Of a stretch of 64,000 nucleotides of DNA, positions 51,539-61,380 are shown piece by piece. A model generated the notes under the pieces. That model ran no database searches, was not told where the DNA came from, and saw nothing but the letters and a program-made list of their open reading frames with translations. The stretch is from positions 386,191 through 450,190 of the forward strand of contig JABLXZ010000001.1 in the NCBI GenBank assembly GCA_013177935.1, given 5' to 3'. The position numbers and the translations under genes were made by a program. Positions within the stretch are counted from its first letter, which is position 1. Each line of letters begins with the position of its first letter. Origin of the DNA: a candidate division WOR-3 bacterium. Its GTDB lineage: Bacteria; Hydrothermota; Tepidihabitantia; Tepidihabitantales; Tepidihabitantaceae.

Positions 51539-52349
51539 ACCCCGCAACCTGCCGGTGCATCTCTTATTGATTGTAGGTAGCGTTGGAATGCTTCTACCCT
51601 TTTTCTGGATGGTCAGCACTTCGTTCAAAACGCCGCTCGAAGCCCTGAGATTTCCACCCACCTGGTTTCCTTCGGTCTGGCAGATTTCCAATTACGCTGA
51701 GGTGTTCCGGCAGATTCCCTTCTGGCGCTACCTTGCCAATACCGTTTTAATTACTGCGGCCAGTCTCCTGGGAATTTTTCTCACCGGCATTCCTGCCGCC
51801 TACGCCTTTGCTCGGTTTCGTTTTCCAGGACGGGAAATCTTATTTATGGGCTTCCTTGCCCTGATGATGATCCCTTTGCCGGTTTACCTTGTCCCATCTT
51901 ATATGATTCTTTTCAAATTAGGTTGGATTGACACTTATGCAGCAATGATTGTACCCTGGATTGTTAACATCTTTTCCATCTTTTTGCTGCGTCAGCATAT
52001 TAAACAACTGCCCCAAGATTTATTTGATGCCGCCCGCATTGACGGCTGTTCCGAACTGTGGACTCTACTGCGCATTGTTCTGCCCCTGTGTCGCGCACCC
52101 CTGGCGACAATTGCGGTATTCAACACCATCTCCGCCTGGAACTCATTTTTCTGGCCGCTGATTGTTACCAACTCCGACCGGATTCGGCCGCTCCAGGTCG
52201 GTCTTGCCTACTTTTCACGGGAACAGTCCACAAACTATACACTTTTGATGGCAGCAACGACCATGGCGATAATCCCCTTAATCATTCTGTTCTTCGCCGC
52301 CCAAAAACAGATTATCCAGTCCCAAGCCCGCGCCGGACTAAAAGAGTAA
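51531..52349 (+). CDS. Carbohydrate ABC transporter permease (MalG/UgpE-like)
   Basis: EAA loop (DAARIDGCSELWTLLRIVLP). Overlaps the upstream permease by 8 nt. Confidence 0.8.
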   Translation: MVKPRNLPVHLLLIVGSVGMLLPFFWMVSTSFKTPLEALRFPPTWFPSVWQISNYAEVFRQIPFWRYLANTVLITAASLLGIFLTGIPAAYAFARFRFPGREILFMGFLALMMIPLPVYLVPSYMILFKLGWIDTYAAMIVPWIVNIFSIFLLRQHIKQLPQDLFDAARIDGCSELWTLLRIVLPLCRAPLATIAVFNTISAWNSFFWPLIVTNSDRIRPLQVGLAYFSREQSTNYTLLMAATTMAIIPLIILFFAAQKQIIQSQARAGLKE

Positions 52350-52407
52350 AAGTTGACAATCGCCCAAGATTTGTTACGCTGAATTAATTTAACGAAAGGG
52401 CTTGTTT

Positions 52408-52575
52408 ATGACTTTCCACATTTACCTCGAAGGAAATCCGGTCTATCGTGTCAACATCATCGCCGAGAAAATTGTTGACGAAGGTGCCAACTACGCCCTC
52501 TACGATGAAAAAGGCGTAAAGGTCGCCGAATTTAAAAAGGAGAAGGTTTTAGGCTACGATGTAAGCGAATACTAA
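52408..52575 (+). CDS. Possible small protein (55 aa), unannotated in the ORF track
   Basis: ATG at 52408 (MTFHIYLEGNPVYRVNIIAEKIVDEGANYALYDEKGVKVAEFKKEKVLGYDVSEY), with AAAGGG 9 nt upstream, and a stop overlapping the end of xseB. Short, so uncertain. Confidence 0.25.
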   Translation: MTFHIYLEGNPVYRVNIIAEKIVDEGANYALYDEKGVKVAEFKKEKVLGYDVSEY

Positions 52576-52820
52576 TCCTCAGGCTTAAACGGCTCCTCGG
52601 CAAAAACTCCATCCTTTTCTTTTATCAACTTAGACACCTTTAATTCTGCCGCAGCAAGTTTTTCCTTACACAACCGGGCGAGTTTAACCCCGCGCTCAAA
52701 CAGCTCCAGCGACTTCTCCAGACTCAAACTTCCTGCTTCAAGTTCCTTGACAATTTTCTCCAGTTCGGTGAGCGCTTGCTCAAAATCGATTGATTCAACC
52801 TCACTGTTTTTTCCTGCCAA
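52572..52820 (-). CDS. xseB: Exodeoxyribonuclease VII small subunit
   Basis: IDFEQALTELEKIVKELEAGSLSLEKSLELFERGVKLARLC is the XseB signature. Confidence 0.9.
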   Translation of the reverse strand: MAGKNSEVESIDFEQALTELEKIVKELEAGSLSLEKSLELFERGVKLARLCKEKLAAAELKVSKLIKEKDGVFAEEPFKPED

Positions 52821-52821
52821 A

Positions 52822-54171
52822 TTAAACTCCTTTCATTTTGTTTTTTACCTGACAGTCCAATCTGCCATCGGCAACCCGCACCTTAACTTCATCCTCTAAC
52901 TGTACATCATCGACCCTCATAACCACACCGCCGTCCGGTTTCTGGCAAATCGCGTAACCTCGGGCAAGTTGCGCAAGAGGACTCAGCGCATCAAGGCTCA
53001 CTGCTGCCTTTGTCAATCTTGCTTCAAGAGGGGTTTTGATGTTGGAGAACCCTTTATCCAGTCTTGAAGAAAATGTCTCAAGCATTACCCGCCATTGCAT
53101 CACGCGTGCCACCGGATTCTGCCGATTTAACCGCTCAACCCTCAAATTTAAATCCTGAAAGCAGGTGTTAATCTTCTGGTTTACTACCCGGCTAAACACA
53201 TTCATTAATAACTCGATTTGGTATTGGGCTTCGCTTAAACGACGGTAAACCAGTTCAAATCCCCGATGCTTTATCAGGGCTTCTATCTCCTGCTCTCGCT
53301 CAAAGATAAACTCCTGTACTCTTTCGTTCATCCGGGGCCACAAATCATCAAGCCGCTGCTCAAACTCTTCCCAGCCCCGCGCCACCACTGCCGCTGCGGC
53401 AGTAGGGGTTGCGGCTCGAAAATCGGCAACAAAATCGGCTATCGTCCAGTCAACCTCATGACCTATGCCCGTGACCACCGGTACCCGGGAACCGGCAATT
53501 GCCCGGGCAACTACCTCTTCGTTAAAGGGCCAGAGGTCCTCCCAGGAACCACCACCCCGGCCCACGATTAGCAACTCCACCTCATCGATGGTGTTCATAT
53601 CCCAAATCGCCCGCGCAATCTGTTCCGCAGCACCTTCACCCTGAACCGGAACAGGATAAATAAGCACCTTCAAATGGGCATGGTGTAACTCGAGGGTTCG
53701 CAACATATCATGAATTGCCGCTCCAACCGGTGAAGTGACAATTCCGATAACCCGGGGTAACTTCGGAATGGGACGTTTTCGCTCCGCTTTAAACAACCCT
53801 TCCTTCTCCAGTTTCCGCTTCAACTCCTCAAACGCGCGCTGCAGCGCGCCCAAGCCCTTGGGCTCAATCGTATCAAGAATCAACTGGTATCTACCGTTAG
53901 GCACATAAACTTCCACTCGACCGTGCCCGATGATAAGGTCACCGTCCTTCAATTGAAACTTCAACCGCTGCGCTGACTCCCGAAAACAAATCGCCTGGAT
54001 TTGCGACCGTTCGTCCTTCAAAACAAAGTACAGATGCCCTGAAGGGTAAGCCTTAAAATTGGAGACTTCGCCAACAACCCAGATGTCGGAGAAGTCCGAC
54101 CTTAAACGGTCGTCAACCATCCTGTTGATCTGATAGACCGAATAAATCTTATTTGCCGGTACCGCTGCCAT
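52822..54171 (-). CDS. xseA: Exodeoxyribonuclease VII large subunit
   Basis: N-terminal OB fold (SVYQINRMVDDRLRSDFSDIWVVGEVSNFK...SGHLYFVLKDE) and the XseA catalytic region. Confidence 0.9.
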   Translation of the reverse strand: MAAVPANKIYSVYQINRMVDDRLRSDFSDIWVVGEVSNFKAYPSGHLYFVLKDERSQIQAICFRESAQRLKFQLKDGDLIIGHGRVEVYVPNGRYQLILDTIEPKGLGALQRAFEELKRKLEKEGLFKAERKRPIPKLPRVIGIVTSPVGAAIHDMLRTLELHHAHLKVLIYPVPVQGEGAAEQIARAIWDMNTIDEVELLIVGRGGGSWEDLWPFNEEVVARAIAGSRVPVVTGIGHEVDWTIADFVADFRAATPTAAAAVVARGWEEFEQRLDDLWPRMNERVQEFIFEREQEIEALIKHRGFELVYRRLSEAQYQIELLMNVFSRVVNQKINTCFQDLNLRVERLNRQNPVARVMQWRVMLETFSSRLDKGFSNIKTPLEARLTKAAVSLDALSPLAQLARGYAICQKPDGGVVMRVDDVQLEDEVKVRVADGRLDCQVKNKMKGV

Positions 54172-54241
54172 CGTTAATCATCCTCATTTGGCTCACCCCT
54201 TGACCAATTTTTGTAAATACCAATCCGGTTTTGTTAAACCC

Positions 54242-55099
54242 TTATTTGCCGCTGTAATCGTAGAATCCCCTCCCGGTTTTTCTGCCCAGAAACCCCGCGG
54301 CGACCATCCGTTTCAGTAACGGGCAGGGACGATATTTCGGGTCCCCTAAGTCTTCATATAGGACTTCAAGAATCGCGAGGACTACATCCAACCCAATCAA
54401 ATCTGCCAGTGCCAGCGGACCCATCGGGTGATTCATCCCCAACTTCATCACGGTGTCAATCGCTTCTTTGTCGGCGACACCGGTTTCCAGGCAGAATATT
54501 GCTTCATTAATCATCGGCATCAGTACCCGGTTCGAAACAAATCCGGGAGAATCGTTCACCACCACCGGTGTCTTGCCCAGTTCCTTTGATAGACTGACAA
54601 TCTCTTCAACTACACCTTCGGCGGTCGCTAATCCGCGCACCACTTCAACCAACTGCATCAATGGTACGGGATTCATAAAGTGCATGCCAACAACCTTCTC
54701 CGGCCTTTTCGTTGCCGCCCCTAACAAGGTCACCGAAATCGTCGAAGTGTTGGTAGCAAGTATCGTTTCGGCTGGACAAACGCTATCCAGTTTGCGGAAC
54801 AGTTCGCGCTTCAGTTTCACATCCTCCGTAACCGCTTCCACTACCAGACCACACTCCTGACACGCTTCAACGGTCAAATTTGGCTTGATGCGGGCACGGG
54901 TTGTTTCCCCGGCATCAGCGGTCATCTTTCCCTTCTCAACCAGTTTGTCCAGTGACTTTTTTATCGTTGCCAGCCCCCGGTCCAGAAACCGCTGGTCAAC
55001 ATCAACCAGCACAACATCATAACCCGCCATGGCAAACACCTGGGCGATACCAGAACCCATTGTGCCGGCGCCAATGACTCCAACTGTCCGATTTATCAT
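54242..55099 (-). CDS. hbd: 3-hydroxybutyryl-CoA dehydrogenase (3-hydroxyacyl-CoA dehydrogenase family)
   Basis: Rossmann motif [16 protein letters not shown] and the C-terminal 3HCDH domain. Confidence 0.85.
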   Translation of the reverse strand: MINRTVGVIGAGTMGSGIAQVFAMAGYDVVLVDVDQRFLDRGLATIKKSLDKLVEKGKMTADAGETTRARIKPNLTVEACQECGLVVEAVTEDVKLKRELFRKLDSVCPAETILATNTSTISVTLLGAATKRPEKVVGMHFMNPVPLMQLVEVVRGLATAEGVVEEIVSLSKELGKTPVVVNDSPGFVSNRVLMPMINEAIFCLETGVADKEAIDTVMKLGMNHPMGPLALADLIGLDVVLAILEVLYEDLGDPKYRPCPLLKRMVAAGFLGRKTGRGFYDYSGK

Positions 55100-55142
55100 A
55101 TTGCCTCCTTTTTATTTAAAATTAGATGACCAAAAACAAATG

Positions 55143-55745
55143 TCAATTAATCCCCCGCCATCGGGAAATCAACTCGACAAGACGACGACCATTTTCCGGT
55201 GTAAACCGAAACCTTCCGCCCGGCATCAACACCTCAAGCGCACCGGGTTCTTCGGATTTAAGCCACTTCCCAAAAGACAATGCCGGGCCGGTCAACATTA
55301 TCCAAACGCCCTGTTCGGGCTCAACAATCAAACCGTCAATCTTACCTTCAGCAATAACAAAACGCGCCTCGTAAATCATCGGTTCTACTCCGACAAGATG
55401 CAACCAGCGGTTGGTCTCCTCTAAACGGCAAAAAATGGTATCGCCTATCATCGTCAGTTCAGACATTGACAGTTTTACATCAACGGTTCGGGCATAACCC
55501 AAAAAATCCTTTATTTCCTTTCTGCCCTGTGCGACCACCCCTAAACCTTTGACTTCTAAAAAAGGAGTATCGGTCCAGAACCTGATTAGCCGATTATCAC
55601 TCTGCCGCCCGAGCCCTTGAACAAAACTCCGCACAACACCAAGACCGGAACCACTTCGCCCTTTCCCTTTTTCGTGGAAAACCGGCGAACACGCAAAACT
55701 GATGAGTAAAAGGGAAACGATTAGTCCAAAAACAGTTCGAACCAT
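55143..55745 (-). CDS. Hypothetical lipoprotein (NTF2/SnoaL-like fold suspected)
   Basis: Signal peptide with a probable lipobox (LLLISFACSP). No recognisable catalytic motif. Confidence 0.5.
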   Translation of the reverse strand: MVRTVFGLIVSLLLISFACSPVFHEKGKGRSGSGLGVVRSFVQGLGRQSDNRLIRFWTDTPFLEVKGLGVVAQGRKEIKDFLGYARTVDVKLSMSELTMIGDTIFCRLEETNRWLHLVGVEPMIYEARFVIAEGKIDGLIVEPEQGVWIMLTGPALSFGKWLKSEEPGALEVLMPGGRFRFTPENGRRLVELISRWRGIN

Positions 55746-55915
55746 TACTTTTTAGTTTTATCAACATCTTATAACCTGTCAACATAGCCCTCATCGTTCA
55801 TTACTTCCGGCATCGAATAAACTTAACAGTAAAAAAGGTACAACAGACTGTTATGCGTCTATTTTCCCCCGCTCCAAGTTTGACTATCGCAACTTACCGG
55901 CTATCCTTACCTTCT

Positions 55916-56695
55916 ATGGTTAAGGTTTGCGTTTTGTTTGCTGCGGGCATAAACTGCGACCAGGAAACAGTGTATGCGTTTGAACTCGCCGGCGCCCATG
56001 CCGAAATAATCCACATCAATCGGCTAAAAGAAAGACCCGCACCTCTCGACCAGTACCACATTCTTGCCATCCCCGGTGGTTTTTCTTACGGCGATTACAT
56101 CGCCTCGGGCCGGGTCCTGGCAAATGAGTTAAAACACCACCTTGCCGCTGAAATCTGTAAGTTCTTGGAAAAGGGCAAACTCATCCTTGGCATCTGCAAT
56201 GGGTTTCAGGTACTGGTCAAATCCGGACTCCTGCCCGGCTTTGAAAAGCCTTTTGAACGCCAGACCGTAACTCTTGACACTAACGATTCAGCCCGTTACG
56301 AAGACCGCTGGGTTTATCTAAAAACCGAAAATTCACCCTGTGTGTTCACCGCAAACCTTCCGGAAATAATCTATTTGCCCGTTGCCCACGCCGAAGGCAA
56401 GTTCATCCCGGGCTCCAGCCAAATATTAAAGCAATTGAAAGCCAACAACCAGATTGTATTCCGCTATGTTACCGCCCGAGGTGAAGAAGCAAAATATCCT
56501 GATAACCCGAACGGTTCGGTGGAAGGAATTGCTGGCATCTGTGACCCTACCGGCCGAGTTTTCGGCTTGATGCCCCATCCAGAACGCTACATCAGGATTG
56601 AGCACCATCCCCGCTGGCATCGGGAAAGTTTGACAAAACCGGATGGAATTGCCATATTTGAGAATGCGGTGCAGTATGTCAAAAAGAACCTCTAA
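55916..56695 (+). CDS. purQ: Class-I glutamine amidotransferase, PurQ-like (FGAM synthase I family)
   Basis: Catalytic Cys in GICNGFQ and the diagnostic GLMPHPER His/Glu motif. Start placed at MVKVCVLFAAG; the track ORF begins at 55853. No purS or purL adjacent. Confidence 0.7.
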   Translation: MVKVCVLFAAGINCDQETVYAFELAGAHAEIIHINRLKERPAPLDQYHILAIPGGFSYGDYIASGRVLANELKHHLAAEICKFLEKGKLILGICNGFQVLVKSGLLPGFEKPFERQTVTLDTNDSARYEDRWVYLKTENSPCVFTANLPEIIYLPVAHAEGKFIPGSSQILKQLKANNQIVFRYVTARGEEAKYPDNPNGSVEGIAGICDPTGRVFGLMPHPERYIRIEHHPRWHRESLTKPDGIAIFENAVQYVKKNL

Positions 56696-57011
56696 AAGAA
56701 ACACGCCCACAAGAATTACCGACCATCCAATCTTACAGTTCAACCGGGGTCGCGAAATAACCTTCTTTTTTGAGGGTGAGCCGATGAAAGGTTACGAAGG
56801 GGAAACGATTGCTGCCGCCCTGGTTGCCAATGGCGTTAAGGTATTTCGGTACAGTGAAAAACACAAGCGGGCTCGGGGATTCTTCTGTGCCGTTGGTAAA
56901 TGCTCCTCCTGCTTAATGGTCGTTGACGGCAAACCCAATACCATGGTTTGTATGGAACCACTGCGGGAAGGGGTGCGCGTTGAACGACAACGCGGAAGGG
57001 GAAAGATATGA
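56676..57011 (+). CDS. (2Fe-2S)-binding protein, sarcosine-oxidase-alpha / HcnA-like N-terminal domain
   Basis: ITFFFEGEPMKGYEGETIAAALVANGV...CAVGKCSSCLMVVDGKPNTMVC is the CxxGxCxxC 2Fe-2S motif. Start uncertain (56643, 56664 or 56676). Overlaps the purQ-like end. Confidence 0.65.
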   Translation: MSKRTSKRNTPTRITDHPILQFNRGREITFFFEGEPMKGYEGETIAAALVANGVKVFRYSEKHKRARGFFCAVGKCSSCLMVVDGKPNTMVCMEPLREGVRVERQRGRGKI

Positions 57012-58099
57012 GCAATATCATAGATGGCGGCATCGTGATTGTTGGCGGTGGCCCTGCCGGACTATGCGCAGCAATAACTGCTGCCCAGCTGGGCGCACCG
57101 GTCACTTTAATCGATGACAACCCACGGCTTGGCGGCCAGTTGATTAAACAGACCCACAAATTCTTCGGTTCAAAAAGCCATTACTGCGGCATCCGGGGTA
57201 TCGACATCGCCACCCTTCTTGAGCAGCAACTTTCCGCCACACCAACAAAGGTTATCCTCAATACAACCGTAATCGGACATTTTAAACCGAATATCCTCGG
57301 GCTTGCCAATCAACACACCTTTACAAAACTTTCCTATCAACGGCTAATCGTCGCCACCGGTGCCAGCGAAAATACCATCCTGTTCGAAAACAACGACCTG
57401 CCCGGAATTTACGGTGCCGGTGCAGTCCAGACCTTGATGAATGTGTTCGGGATAAGACCGGGCAAAAATGTTTTGATGGTTGGCTCAGGAAACATCGGGC
57501 TCATCGTCTCCTATCAACTGCTCCAGGCGGGTATCAATGTGAGCGCAGTAATTGAAGCACTTCCTAAGATTGGCGGCTATCATGTTCATGCTGCGAAACT
57601 TGCCCGTTTAGGTATTCCCATACTCACTTCCCACACAATTAAGGCGGCGATTGGCAAAGAGTATGTTACTGGTGCGGTCATCTGTCGGGTTGATAAAAAC
57701 TTCAAACCTATCAAAGGCACCGAAAAAAGATTAAAAGTTGATACAATCTGCCTTGCCGTTGGATTATCACCTTTAGTAGAAATTCTCTCTCAGATTGGCT
57801 GTGAGATGGTCTTTATTCCTCAACTGGGCGGACAAGTTGCCTGGCACAACGAGAATATGGAAACAACCGTTTCTGGCGTCTATGTTGCTGGTGACGCCAG
57901 TGGCGTTGAGGAAGCGTCCACCGCCATGCTTGAAGGTAGAATCGCCGGTGCCCACGCTGCTGCCACACTCACCGGGAAGTTTACAGAAGCAGAAGCCATC
58001 ATTAACCAGGCGAAATTTGAACTGGCTGCCATCCGCCAGGGTCCTTTTGGTGAAAAAGCGGCAAAAGGCAAGGAAAAAATGATGCAAACGGTCCGTTAA
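57008..58099 (+). CDS. FAD/NAD(P)-binding pyridine-nucleotide-disulfide-type oxidoreductase (HcnB / opine-oxidase-subunit-A-like)
   Basis: Two Rossmann dinucleotide motifs (IVIVGGGPAGLCAA; LMVGSGNIGLIVSYQL). ATGA overlap with the 2Fe-2S gene. Confidence 0.75.
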   Translation: MSNIIDGGIVIVGGGPAGLCAAITAAQLGAPVTLIDDNPRLGGQLIKQTHKFFGSKSHYCGIRGIDIATLLEQQLSATPTKVILNTTVIGHFKPNILGLANQHTFTKLSYQRLIVATGASENTILFENNDLPGIYGAGAVQTLMNVFGIRPGKNVLMVGSGNIGLIVSYQLLQAGINVSAVIEALPKIGGYHVHAAKLARLGIPILTSHTIKAAIGKEYVTGAVICRVDKNFKPIKGTEKRLKVDTICLAVGLSPLVEILSQIGCEMVFIPQLGGQVAWHNENMETTVSGVYVAGDASGVEEASTAMLEGRIAGAHAAATLTGKFTEAEAIINQAKFELAAIRQGPFGEKAAKGKEKMMQTVR

Positions 58100-58113
58100 C
58101 ATACCGGACTGGA

Positions 58114-60480
58114 ATGAAAACCAAACCTGCCAAAAGTACGATTCCAAACCAGCCGAGTAACCGTTTTGTTCCCGCGGTCCCCTATCTTGTCCTTGTCGCT
58201 GCGGTAATCTTATTCTTCTGGGAGATTTTAACCCGCCAGAACTTCCTCTGGGAGGACATCCTTTATCAATACTACCCGTTCCACTTCTTCCTCTTTAAAA
58301 ATCTGCGCCAGTTTAATCTCCCGCTCTGGAACCCCTATATGTTTGCCGGAATGCCGTTTCTTGCCGACATCCAGACCCAGGTCTTTTACCCGCTCAACTG
58401 GCTCTTCGCCTTTATCGCCAACACGAACCAAAACTATGTCTTCTGGCTGGTCGAACTCAAATGCATCATCCATCTGTTTCTCGGCGCACTCAGTTTTTAT
58501 CTTTTAATGCGGGAGTTAAAACTTTCCCGCTATTCAGGCGTTCTTGCTGGTATTACATTTGGCTTTTCCGGATTTATGGTCAGCCACATAATCCACCTTA
58601 CTATCATCAGCACCTTTGCCTGGTTCCCGCTCATTCTGCTATTTTTTTATCGCACCTTGTTCCAGCGCCGTTTACTTGATGCCAGCGCCACCGCCCTCAG
58701 CCTCGGACTTGCCAATCTCGCGGGTCATCCCCAAATGACCCTGCACATTGTCTATGCCCTTTGCCTACTGTTTATTTTATACCTCCTATTCAACTGGCGC
58801 AGTGAACTTCCCTATCTGTTTAAAAACCACATCCCGCTTTTCCTTTTGACAATTTTTCTTGGTTTTGCCATCTCCGCCGCCGCTTATCTTCCTGCCTATC
58901 GTTATTCTATCCATACCGTTCGGGAAATGATGACCTATGCCGAGGCTACCGAAACATCATTACCACCCTGGTTTTTCATTACCATTCTCATCCCCAAATT
59001 TTTCGGCAGTATTGCCGGTGGCGTTGAAGAAACCGCGCCCTTCTGGGTTGACCCAGCACGCTACACCTACTGGGAAACCTGCCTCTATGTTGGCGTTATG
59101 CCGCTCATCCTTGCCGGAATCGGAATTTTTTTCAATCGCAACAAACTGCGCTGGCAATTTCTAATTCTTGCCTTTGTGGCACTCCTATTTGCTTTGGGAA
59201 AGTTTACACCGCTTTACCGATTGGCTTTCAACATCTTTCCCGGCTTTGACCGATTCCGAATACCAGCCCGGTTTGTCGACCTGTTCACTGTCGCAATCGC
59301 CTTTCTTACTGGACTTGGTATGGAGGTTCTGGTCAAACCCAATCCCAAGCCTGACTTTAAATCCAATACCCTGGGGTATAGACTCCTAATTCCGGGATTA
59401 ACTGTCCTCGTTTACGGCGTAGCAATTCTATTTCTGCTCATCACCGGCTTGCTCGTGAAAATTTTCCCGCCTCTTCAAGACCCAGGTCTATTTCGCAACA
59501 GCCTGACCCAGACCGGTGTGATGTTCGGATTCGCAAGCATCGGGCTATTGTTAATCTTCCTGATTAAGAACTCGGCTAAATACCGAACGATACTTTTGAG
59601 TTTACTGGTCGGTCTCACATTTTTCGACCTTTATACATTCGGCAGGCGGTTCAGTTTGGGTACAGTTTCCCCTGAAGAGTTTTATCCACCGCGCCCTTTT
59701 ATCAAGACACTCATCGAAGAGCATAAGAACGAACCGTTCCGCATCAACGCCCGAGCCGGACCCTATATGCTCCTGCAACGCAACGAAGGTTTGCTCTGGG
59801 AACTGGAGTTACTCGAAGGTTATACACCGTTAAAACTTACCGACTATGTTACATTTGACATTCCGGTTAACCGGCGCAACGACCTGTTAAATGTCCGCTA
59901 CCAGATTCACATCGACTCGGTGCGCGGTACAATGAGCCTGGTGCCAAATCCAACTGCTCTGCCTCGCTACTGGCTTGCCGACTCTTTCATTGTCATCACC
60001 GACCGGACAACAATCCTTAATCGCCTTGCTGATACCACCTTTGACTTTCGCCGGGTTGCAATTCTTGAAGAAAAACCCGACTTCAATTTTGAACAGTCAT
60101 CCCAGCCGAGCCTTAATTTCGCTACCGACTCCACCCAGAAAAAAAGTATTACGGCAATAAAACGCACAAGCGAGCGCATAGAACTTATGGTCGAAACCGA
60201 CAAACCGGCAATCCTCTTGTTTTCCGAAATCTACTATCCTGAATGGAAGGCGACCATTGATGGTAAACCGGCAAAACTGGTGCGCGCGGATTACTGTCTG
60301 CGCGCCCTGCCCCTAACACCGGGCAAGCATAAAGTTGTAACCTGGTACGACCGCACCGGTGTCAATCTGGGCATCTTCATCAGCAAACTTGCCTTTCTTG
60401 GAATCGTCCTCATCTTCTTTGTTACCCGCCCGCGGCCTAAACCATTATCAACGAAAGTAAAGTACCGCCACAACACTTAA
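58114..60480 (+). CDS. YfhO-family integral membrane protein (GT-C-like glycosyltransferase)
   Basis: 788 aa with many TM segments and the YfhO-family N-terminal region (LWEDILYQYYPFHFFLFKNLRQFNLPLWNPYMFAGMPFLADIQTQVFYPLNW). Confidence 0.8.
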   Translation: MKTKPAKSTIPNQPSNRFVPAVPYLVLVAAVILFFWEILTRQNFLWEDILYQYYPFHFFLFKNLRQFNLPLWNPYMFAGMPFLADIQTQVFYPLNWLFAFIANTNQNYVFWLVELKCIIHLFLGALSFYLLMRELKLSRYSGVLAGITFGFSGFMVSHIIHLTIISTFAWFPLILLFFYRTLFQRRLLDASATALSLGLANLAGHPQMTLHIVYALCLLFILYLLFNWRSELPYLFKNHIPLFLLTIFLGFAISAAAYLPAYRYSIHTVREMMTYAEATETSLPPWFFITILIPKFFGSIAGGVEETAPFWVDPARYTYWETCLYVGVMPLILAGIGIFFNRNKLRWQFLILAFVALLFALGKFTPLYRLAFNIFPGFDRFRIPARFVDLFTVAIAFLTGLGMEVLVKPNPKPDFKSNTLGYRLLIPGLTVLVYGVAILFLLITGLLVKIFPPLQDPGLFRNSLTQTGVMFGFASIGLLLIFLIKNSAKYRTILLSLLVGLTFFDLYTFGRRFSLGTVSPEEFYPPRPFIKTLIEEHKNEPFRINARAGPYMLLQRNEGLLWELELLEGYTPLKLTDYVTFDIPVNRRNDLLNVRYQIHIDSVRGTMSLVPNPTALPRYWLADSFIVITDRTTILNRLADTTFDFRRVAILEEKPDFNFEQSSQPSLNFATDSTQKKSITAIKRTSERIELMVETDKPAILLFSEIYYPEWKATIDGKPAKLVRADYCLRALPLTPGKHKVVTWYDRTGVNLGIFISKLAFLGIVLIFFVTRPRPKPLSTKVKYRHNT

Positions 60481-61356
60481 CAACCACAAAACAATATCGA
60501 TAATAAGCGGCACATCGGTAAACAAAACCTTTTCCGGTGCGCCACCCTCCTCCTTGCGATAAACGAGGTAAAGGTAGCGATAAATCCCATATAGGACAAA
60601 TGGCACGGTCAATATCAGGTTGTGGGTGCCAAATTTATGGACCGTCTCGGGAGCAATTGTATAAAGACAGTAGGCGATAACAGTTGAAGATGTTGCCACG
60701 GCAATCATCTGGTCTAAAAGTGTCTCCGAATATTTGCCCAGCACACTGCGATGCGAAATCCCGCCGCCTTCAAGATAGAGCAGTTCGTGCCGGCGCTTTG
60801 CCAGCGCCAGAAACAGGGCAAGGAGAATAGCGCAGACAAAAAGCCAGGGTGAAATCTGGACCTGAACCAGATATGTACCGGAAATTGCCCGAATCGCAAA
60901 ACCAGCAGCAACAACCATCACATCCAGAACAACAATCTTCTTCAGGTGTGTCGAATATGCCAGTTGAAGAATAAAGTAACCAAGAATCAAAAGGCCAAAA
61001 CGGCCGGATAAGGCAAAACCGCCCCCGATTCCGAGAATTACTATCACTACCGCAACAATACCGGCGGTCCCGGGCTTTAACTCACCGGCAGCGATGGGTC
61101 GGAACTTTTTCTTGGGATGGGAACGGTCATTCTCCCGGTCCAGAATGTCGTTGATGATATAAACTGCACCCGAAATTAAACAGAAGGCGACAAATCCGGC
61201 AAATGTCTCGAGCAGTTTTATCAGATTGAAAAGATTCTGGGAAAAAATTAAAGCGGCAAAGACCAAAAGGTTTTTAACCCACTGTTTGGGCCGCATCGAC
61301 TTTACAATTGCCCGCAACATATTGATTAGTTTTACCGGAAACGCGCTAACTGTCAA
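60448..61356 (-). CDS. UbiA-family prenyltransferase, decaprenyl-phosphate 5-phosphoribosyltransferase (DPPR synthase)-like
   Basis: Asp-rich motif NDILDRENDRSHPKKKFRPIAAGEL, 8 or 9 TM helices, and about 300 aa. Its 3' end overlaps the convergent YfhO gene by 33 nt. Confidence 0.75.
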   Translation of the reverse strand: MTVSAFPVKLINMLRAIVKSMRPKQWVKNLLVFAALIFSQNLFNLIKLLETFAGFVAFCLISGAVYIINDILDRENDRSHPKKKFRPIAAGELKPGTAGIVAVVIVILGIGGGFALSGRFGLLILGYFILQLAYSTHLKKIVVLDVMVVAAGFAIRAISGTYLVQVQISPWLFVCAILLALFLALAKRRHELLYLEGGGISHRSVLGKYSETLLDQMIAVATSSTVIAYCLYTIAPETVHKFGTHNLILTVPFVLYGIYRYLYLVYRKEEGGAPEKVLFTDVPLIIDIVLWLLSVVAVLYFR

Positions 61357-61380
61357 TTTATTCCCTGATGGCTAAAATTA

